From assembly GCA_050287085.1 (NCBI GenBank), contig JBNKBE010000001.1:224001-288000 (forward strand): a stretch of 64,000 bases of DNA, read 5' to 3'. A program made the translations under genes and the position numbers. Below, piece after piece: positions 57,857 to 64,000 of the stretch (positions are counted from its first letter, which is position 1; each line of letters begins with the position of its first letter). This DNA is from Polyangiaceae bacterium. GTDB lineage: Bacteria; Myxococcota_A; Polyangia; Polyangiales; Polyangiaceae. A model generated the notes under the pieces. It was not told where the DNA came from and made no database searches. It was given only the letters and a program-made list of their open reading frames with translations.

Positions 57857-59398
57857 TCAGCGATCTCCTGGTGCTTCGACAGCGTTACTGGCAGATTGAT
57901 AGAGATAGGCTCGCCCGTGCGGATCCCGTGCTCTACCGTCGCCAAAGCGCTGGTAAAGTCTGAAGCCGAGCTCCGATAGCCGAGCTGGCCGTCGCCCCAC
58001 ATTGCGTTCAAACGCGGCTATCTCACCTTTGAGGAACGCGATATCTTGCAGCGTTTGACGCCGTTGGAGCGCGCCCCGAAGCGGAACGGAGCTCAGAAGC
58101 GCACCGACCAAAACAACACCCAGACGTCTCCGCCTCGTTGGATCCAGCGGCTGCAATACGACCCCCACGGCAAGCAAGACCCCAGACCAGATAGACTGAA
58201 ACAACAGCGCAACCGCCGCCGCAAAAAGCAGCAGCGCCCCGAGCCACAGACGAGTAGCCGACGCACGCTCGAGCCGGGGAGCCCTTCGGCCTTGGCGCTG
58301 CCACAAGCCGTGCAAGGCCTGCTCGCTGGGCTCCGAGGACGCGCGTGCCTCCGCTGGATAGCGGACAACCATGGCGCGGCTCAATGCGGATTGGTCCGTA
58401 TCGTGCGCCTCAGCCCGCGCCTCACTGACCGCGTGGCAACGCACCAAGCGCCCCGGCGGAAGTAGCAGCGCCTCCGGCGCCACCCGCCGACACACGTCCA
58501 TGACCACAGGACAACGCGTGTGGAAGCGACACCCACTGGGCGGCGACATCGGACTGGGCACGTCGCCACTCAGAGCAACTAGAGGCTTGTGCAACTCCGG
58601 ATTCGGCTCTGGGATGGCGGCCAGCAGCGCCCGGGTGTATGGATGCAGCGGCGTATCGAATAGTGCATCCACCGGAGCCACTTCGACAATCTCTCCTAGG
58701 TACATGACCGCAACGCGATCAGAGATGTGCCGAACGACCCCCAGATCGTGAGAAATGAAGAGATAGGCAAGGCCTAGCTCGCGCTGCAAGTCCCCGAGGA
58801 GATTTAGGATCTGCGCTTGAATGGAGACGTCCAGCGCCGAAACCGCTTCGTCGCATACGATGAGCCGAGGCTCAAGCGCCAGGGCTCGAGCGATCCCGAT
58901 ACGCTGCCGCTGCCCGCCCGAGAACTCGTGCGGGAAACGATACATCCACGAACGTCGAACGCCGACGCGATCGAGCAACTCGCCGACTCGCTCTTCGAGC
59001 TCAGCTGCACCAGTGACACCATGGAGGCGCAGGCCCTCCCCGACGATGTCGACCACCCGCATGCGAGGATTGAGGGAGCTATAGGGATCCTGAAAAATGA
59101 TCTGGAGCTCGCGCCGCACAGCTCTGAGTTCCGCCGCACTCAACGTCGCGACGTCCCGACCGCGGAGACGTACCGAGCCAGCCGTCGGGGCGAGAAGTTG
59201 AACCGCCAATCGCCCAACCGTGCTCTTGCCGCATCCGGACTCACCCACCAAACCCAGCGTCTCCCCCGGAGCAATGGCAAGCGAAACCTTCTCCACGGCA
59301 CGCACTTGAGCCACGGTGCGTCCGAACAAGCCACGCCGAACCGGGAAGTACTTGGTGAGCCCATCGAGCTCCAACAAGGGCCGCGATGATTCGCTCAC
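57857..59398 (-). CDS. OppF-like ABC ATPase fused to C-terminal TM helices and a GspG-pseudopilin-like domain
   Basis: [25 protein letters not shown], then about 190 extra residues with hydrophobic helices and DIAFL...[10 protein letters not shown]...DPHGRAYLY. Confidence 0.85.
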   Translation of the reverse strand: MSESSRPLLELDGLTKYFPVRRGLFGRTVAQVRAVEKVSLAIAPGETLGLVGESGCGKSTVGRLAVQLLAPTAGSVRLRGRDVATLSAAELRAVRRELQIIFQDPYSSLNPRMRVVDIVGEGLRLHGVTGAAELEERVGELLDRVGVRRSWMYRFPHEFSGGQRQRIGIARALALEPRLIVCDEAVSALDVSIQAQILNLLGDLQRELGLAYLFISHDLGVVRHISDRVAVMYLGEIVEVAPVDALFDTPLHPYTRALLAAIPEPNPELHKPLVALSGDVPSPMSPPSGCRFHTRCPVVMDVCRRVAPEALLLPPGRLVRCHAVSEARAEAHDTDQSALSRAMVVRYPAEARASSEPSEQALHGLWQRQGRRAPRLERASATRLWLGALLLFAAAVALLFQSIWSGVLLAVGVVLQPLDPTRRRRLGVVLVGALLSSVPLRGALQRRQTLQDIAFLKGEIAAFERNVGRRPARLSELGFRLYQRFGDGRARDPHGRAYLYQSASNAVEAPGDR

Positions 59399-60417
59399 GA
59401 GGCCCCCCTGCCGAAGGGAAGCAGGTCCACTTCCGGATTATCATCTACAAAGTGGCACGCGCTATGAGTCCGCTCGCCGCTCTGCAAGCGTACTTCGAGC
59501 TTGGGTACCACTGCGGCGCAACGTGGCAAGGCAAAGGGGCACCTTGGATGAAAGCGACATCCGTCCGGGAAATGGAGAGCGTCTGGTACGTTGCCGTCGA
59601 TGGTCTGCAGACGACGACGTGGACCGCGCGTCGTAGGAAGCGATGCGAGCAGTCCAGCGGTATAGGGATGCCGGGGTCTTGCAAATAGCGAACGGACCGA
59701 CCCCCGCTCGACCACCCGCCCTGCATACATCACCACCATGTCGCGCGCCACCGAGGCAACGACGCCGAGGTCATGGGTGATGAGCAAGACAGACATATCG
59801 AGTTGCCGCTGTAGTCGCGACACCAGGTTGAGAATCTGCGCTTGAATCGTCACATCGAGCGCCGTCGTCGGCTCGTCCGCAATCAACAACTGCGGACGGC
59901 AAGCCAATGCCATGGCGATCATCACCCTCTGCCTCATGCCCCCCGAGAGCTGGTGGGGATACTCGTTAATGCGCTGCTCTGGTGAGGGGATCCCCACCAG
60001 CGAAAGCAGCGACAAGACCTCCGCGCTGGTCTCCTCTTCACTCAAGCCTCTGTGCAGCCGAATTGCCTCCCCAACTTGATCACCAACGCGATAAACAGGG
60101 TTCAGACTCGTCATCGGTTCTTGGAAGATCATCGCGATGCGGTTGCCACGAACCTGCCGCATCGCCTCATTGGAAAGCTGCAGAAGGTCGATCCCTTCAA
60201 ACAGGACTCGCCCTGCCGCAATCTCGCCCCGACCGAGCTCTATCAGACGTAGAATGGAAAGCGCCGTAACGCTCTTGCCGCACCCGGACTCGCCCACGAC
60301 GGCAACCGTGCGCCCCTTCGGCACCTCGTAGCTCACCTCGTCAACGGCTCGCACGGTCCCGGCTCGCGTGCGAAACTGGACACTGAGCCCCTCAATGCTG
60401 AGCAACGCGTCGGTCAT
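59395..60417 (-). CDS. Oligopeptide ABC ATPase (OppD-like)
   Basis: [37 protein letters not shown]. Confidence 0.94.
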   Translation of the reverse strand: MTDALLSIEGLSVQFRTRAGTVRAVDEVSYEVPKGRTVAVVGESGCGKSVTALSILRLIELGRGEIAAGRVLFEGIDLLQLSNEAMRQVRGNRIAMIFQEPMTSLNPVYRVGDQVGEAIRLHRGLSEEETSAEVLSLLSLVGIPSPEQRINEYPHQLSGGMRQRVMIAMALACRPQLLIADEPTTALDVTIQAQILNLVSRLQRQLDMSVLLITHDLGVVASVARDMVVMYAGRVVERGSVRSLFARPRHPYTAGLLASLPTTRGPRRRLQTIDGNVPDALHFPDGCRFHPRCPFALPRCAAVVPKLEVRLQSGERTHSACHFVDDNPEVDLLPFGRGAS

Positions 60418-61652
60418 GACTTGAGCTTTGGGTCGAGAGCATCGCGCAGCCCTTCCCCAACCAAGTTGAATACGCTCACAACGAAGAAGATGGCCGCCCC
60501 GGGTGCCAACACCAGCCAGAGCTTCTGCTGTTGGCGTCCTGCGTTAAGAGTCTCGCCCCAGCTGGGCACCGTAACATCTCCGACCCCGAGAAACGCGAGC
60601 GAGGACTCTACCAAAATGGCCGAAGCGACACCGAAGGTGGCGCTCACGAGTACCGGCGCCATCGCGTTCGGCAAAATGTGCCGCCACATGATGCGCAGGT
60701 GGGACGCCCCCAAGGCGAGCGCGGCCTGCACGTACTCGAGGTTCTTCTGACGGAGAAACTCCGCGCGCACCAGACGAGCTACTCCGGTCCAACTCGTGAG
60801 TCCAATAATCACCATTACGTGGAATATCGACCGATGTTCGATCAACGCGGCGATCGTGAGAATGAGAAAGAAACTAGGAAAACAGATCATGACCTCGATC
60901 AAGCGACTGATCACGAGGTCGTACTTGCCCCCAAAGTATCCGGCCATGGCCCCCAGCGCCATGCCGATGCTCACGTAGAGAGACACAGCCACCACGCCAA
61001 TCGTAAGTGAGATACGAGTCCCAAACAACATGCGCGTGAACACATCACGCCCCTCCGCATCCGTGCCGAGCCAATGCGACGAAGACGGTGCCTCAACGCT
61101 GCGCGCAGGCTCCGTATCCCGATAGCCAAAGCGAAGCGGTGTAAACACCCCCCATCCCGGCTCAGAAGCGCGGCTTGTGGCGGTAAACGCCGGGATAGCC
61201 GCTTCGTAGTGCAGGGGATTCGTGTGGCCAACAAGCTCCTCGGGTGCCATCGCCAAGGTCAGCACCACCGGAAGCCCCAGGGCCACCCATAGGGCAGTCC
61301 CGCGAAGAGCGCGGCGTGCACGAAACCGAAGCCAAATCCCCGAGGCGAGATAGATCGGAGAAAGAACCAAGAACCAGTTGAAGAGGATATCGACGCTGTT
61401 TTCATACAAGAGCCGATTGAACAAGCTGCCGAGCCACGGAGACGTCAAACGTCCGCGTTCAATCCAAATCAACGGCTGACTACTGGCAAGCAACGGAGCG
61501 AAAACCGCAATGCCAATCAGCAGCAGAACGCACCAGAAGCCAGCGTACGCGAGTCGCTTGTGCTGAAACTCGTGCCATACCATGGCGATGTAGCTGGTTT
61601 CTGGTCCAGGTACTGCATTGCTGCGCAGTTCTTCGCTCGTGGACCCCGTCAT
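60414..61652 (-). CDS. Oligopeptide ABC permease (OppC/YejE-like) with insertion
   Basis: [41 protein letters not shown]. Confidence 0.92.
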   Translation of the reverse strand: MTGSTSEELRSNAVPGPETSYIAMVWHEFQHKRLAYAGFWCVLLLIGIAVFAPLLASSQPLIWIERGRLTSPWLGSLFNRLLYENSVDILFNWFLVLSPIYLASGIWLRFRARRALRGTALWVALGLPVVLTLAMAPEELVGHTNPLHYEAAIPAFTATSRASEPGWGVFTPLRFGYRDTEPARSVEAPSSSHWLGTDAEGRDVFTRMLFGTRISLTIGVVAVSLYVSIGMALGAMAGYFGGKYDLVISRLIEVMICFPSFFLILTIAALIEHRSIFHVMVIIGLTSWTGVARLVRAEFLRQKNLEYVQAALALGASHLRIMWRHILPNAMAPVLVSATFGVASAILVESSLAFLGVGDVTVPSWGETLNAGRQQQKLWLVLAPGAAIFFVVSVFNLVGEGLRDALDPKLKS

Positions 61653-63097
61653 GAGTAACGAATCCTCGGATCAACCAGGGCATACCCCAGGTCGGTAAGC
61701 AGTATGCCGAGCAACACGAGCACGGTCGAAAGCAACTGCACCGCCATGATCACGTTGTAGTCTCGCTGATAGATCGAATCGATGACCCACAATCCCATGC
61801 CCGGAATGCCGAAGATGTACTCGACGATGACCGAGCCACCGAGCACCGCTGGAAGTAGACCACTGAGCAACGTCAAGATCGGCAGCAACCCATTGCGCAA
61901 GGCGTGCTTGCCGATCACCAGCCGCTCTGGCAACCCTTTGGCATAGGCCGTTCGGACATAGTCGGCGGCAATGACCTCAAGCAGTCCAGAGCGCATGTAG
62001 CGACTGATTGCGGCTAGCGATCCATAGGTCATGCACACCATGGGCAATGTGATATGCCACGCAATATCCCGCAGCCGCCCCATCAAGGTGAGGGTGTTGC
62101 TATCCTGTGACTCGAACCCACCCGTCGGAAACCACCGTAGCATGGGGTAACTGGAGCCCTCGGAGAGGAAGTATAGGAGCAAGGTCGCGACGAAGAACGT
62201 CGGCAGCGAGTACAGCATGAACAGCGTAACTGTGACCGCCTGGTCCGCGGGGGTATCGCGGCGCACCGCTGAAAAGACGCCTAGCGGTATTGCGATGAGA
62301 TAGGCAAGAATCAACGAACCCAGTGACAGTACAAGCGAGTACCGCAGCTTGCCCACCAGCGTATGAGTAACCGGCTCCTTGCTCACGAGTGACACCCCGA
62401 AGTCGAGGCGAACGAGGTTGCTCCAGTAGCGAGCAAAACGCGTATCAAATAGCAGCCGCCGAAGCTTCTCTCCTCGTGTAAGCGCGAAGCGTGCTTGGTG
62501 CTGAGCAAACCACGCCTTCCATCCGTCGACCACCCGCCACTTGTCGTCGTCCGTAGCGTCACGCCTGAAGCGTAGCTCACGGATCTGCGCGTTTTGCGCA
62601 TTGATGCGCTTGTTGGCGGCTCGCGTCTTCGGGTCGGGATTGGGATTGAAACCGTCCTGGAGCGGCTGACGCGCAAGAATGCGCAAGAAGTGAACGGAAT
62701 ACTCGGTCGTTTCGCCCAGCCCCTGCTCCCGCGTCGGCAGCAAGGAGATGAGATAGGGCACGGCGTACTCGCCAAAACTCTCGACCCGTTCCCAGGCACG
62801 CTGCCGTTCCGCGGCATTGGCCTCCGTCTTCAACAGCTGCCTCAGGGCGCTTTGCACGTCTCCCTTCGAGAGCAAGACGTTGGTGTTGAGCAGCGTCGGT
62901 TTATCAAGAGCAAACTGCTCCTTGAAGATTCGATAGGACTCCTGGGTCCCCTGCTCGTTGAGGCGGGCCGCATAGTCGCCATTGCGTGCCGCCCCTGGTT
63001 CACCGGGCGCCAGATTCAACACTACGAATACAATCAGCGAGATTCCGAAGAAGGTCGGAATCATGATGAGTACCCGTCGGAGAAGGTATGCGCCCAT
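61649..63097 (-). CDS. Oligopeptide ABC permease (OppB/YejB-like) with large periplasmic insertion
   Basis: YLLRRVL.MIPT, LAPGEP, LDFGVS, DYVRTAYAKGL, DPRI. Confidence 0.92.
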   Translation of the reverse strand: MGAYLLRRVLIMIPTFFGISLIVFVVLNLAPGEPGAARNGDYAARLNEQGTQESYRIFKEQFALDKPTLLNTNVLLSKGDVQSALRQLLKTEANAAERQRAWERVESFGEYAVPYLISLLPTREQGLGETTEYSVHFLRILARQPLQDGFNPNPDPKTRAANKRINAQNAQIRELRFRRDATDDDKWRVVDGWKAWFAQHQARFALTRGEKLRRLLFDTRFARYWSNLVRLDFGVSLVSKEPVTHTLVGKLRYSLVLSLGSLILAYLIAIPLGVFSAVRRDTPADQAVTVTLFMLYSLPTFFVATLLLYFLSEGSSYPMLRWFPTGGFESQDSNTLTLMGRLRDIAWHITLPMVCMTYGSLAAISRYMRSGLLEVIAADYVRTAYAKGLPERLVIGKHALRNGLLPILTLLSGLLPAVLGGSVIVEYIFGIPGMGLWVIDSIYQRDYNVIMAVQLLSTVLVLLGILLTDLGYALVDPRIRYS

Positions 63098-64000
63098 CTA
63101 CTCGTTCGTCACTATCCACGGCCGCATGTCGTCGTTGGGGTACACCTTGCTGCGAACGATGTTGCCCACGCGATGGCTCACGCACTCGACCACTTTTACC
63201 GTTGTTAGGAAGGTGTACGCCTGAGCTTCGTAGATCAGGCGATGCAGATGCTGGAACATGGCCTTTCGCTTGTCACTATCAAAGGTCTCCCGCAGTTCCT
63301 CAATGATGCGATCGGCCGCCTTGTTCCGGAATCCCACCCGGTTGGACCCTTTAGGTATGTCCGCCTGGGATGAATGCCACAATTGATAGGGATCTCCATC
63401 CCAAGGCATGACCCAAGCCCCCGTGTAGGCATCAAACTCCTTCTCGTTCATCCGCTTGAGCATCAGGCTCCACTCAGCGGTCACGATGTTCATCTTGACG
63501 CCGATCTTGAGCAGAGCTTCCTTCATGATGTTCGCCAGCGCGGCATACTCTGGCGACGACGCATTGATGAGCAGCGAGAACTCAAAGGGCGTCTTCTGAC
63601 CTCCGATGACCTTGTCCCGAATGCCGTCACCATCAGTATCCACGAAACCCGCCGCCTTGAGCAGAGCCGCGGCCCGAGCTAGGTCGAAATCAAGCGGATC
63701 AACGCCGGGATCCAACTGCCCGCTTTCAGGCAAAAACGGACCATTCGCCACTTCCCCCAACCCCACGAAGACCCGCTCTACCAGCTGTTTGCGATCGATA
63801 GCCAACGTCATGGCGGTCCTCACCCTGGCGTCAGCAAATAGGGGGCGGTCGGCATTCCACCCGATGTAGCGGTAGATCGGCTGCGGCTCAGGCCTACAGC
63901 TCAGCTTTCCGTTGTGAAATGGACTGCTACGCGGACGCTGCGCCTGGGGCACGCTTTGGTAGTCGAGGATTTCTTGGCGATACTGGCTCGCCGTCAGATC
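63098..64000 (-). CDS. 5'-truncated ABC peptide-binding protein (family 5)
   Basis: Frame open to the window edge; YIGWN..RPLFAD.RVR.AM..AIDR, DTDGDGIRDK, DPYQLWHSSQA, GSNRVGF. Confidence 0.9.
   Translation of the reverse strand, partial: DLTASQYRQEILDYQSVPQAQRPRSSPFHNGKLSCRPEPQPIYRYIGWNADRPLFADARVRTAMTLAIDRKQLVERVFVGLGEVANGPFLPESGQLDPGVDPLDFDLARAAALLKAAGFVDTDGDGIRDKVIGGQKTPFEFSLLINASSPEYAALANIMKEALLKIGVKMNIVTAEWSLMLKRMNEKEFDAYTGAWVMPWDGDPYQLWHSSQADIPKGSNRVGFRNKAADRIIEELRETFDSDKRKAMFQHLHRLIYEAQAYTFLTTVKVVECVSHRVGNIVRSKVYPNDDMRPWIVTNE

Noticed and set aside
1..64000. Prophage, IS, integrase, defence system, tRNA or rRNA
   Set aside because: None recognised by eye; nearly all sequence is accounted for by the listed CDSs.

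Overview
GC-rich bacterial chromosomal window. Gene content (TonB-fused receptor, Ser/Thr kinase with a DUF4388-like domain, FHA-GGDEF, Gly-rich lipoproteins, split RdgC-like pair) suggests Myxococcota, probably Polyangiales-like; this is an inference. Left to right: (1) the 3' part of a NirB-like flavoprotein that has a His-rich membrane domain in place of the siroheme module, translationally coupled to an 11-heme cytochrome c and followed by a DUF3365 heme lipoprotein; (2) a receptor-less chemotaxis cluster (cheX-cheY convergent with cheA, a cheB-like gene lacking the catalytic Ser, and a PilZ-like gene); (3) hisD, large NAD-glutamate dehydrogenase, an HTTM/SdpAB-like pair, epimerase, glycosyltransferase, TonB receptor; (4) folE, ppx, mutM, RTX lipoprotein, purU, uvrA, S1-domain protein; (5) a stand-alone flagellin with structured leader and long terminator, Zn-ribbon RNase HI, two diguanylate cyclases, PhzF, an 18-bp x5 tandem repeat, cheY plus partner, FHA protein, sphingolipid-C9-MT/CFA-like methyltransferase, kinase, two secreted lipoproteins, two Hsp20 genes; (6) two tandem oligopeptide ABC operons. 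Highlights: a putative NAD(P)H-to-periplasm electron conduit, a dispersed sigma-28-like motif (T[A/C]A[A/C]-N15-[G/A]CCG) upstream of several motility/signalling genes, an OppF ATPase fused to TM helices and a GspG-pseudopilin-like domain, a doubly coupled 36-codon sORF, and a ~45-bp dispersed intergenic repeat. No rRNA, tRNA, CRISPR array, transposase or integrase was recognised. All assignments are by-eye motif recognition; no searches were run.
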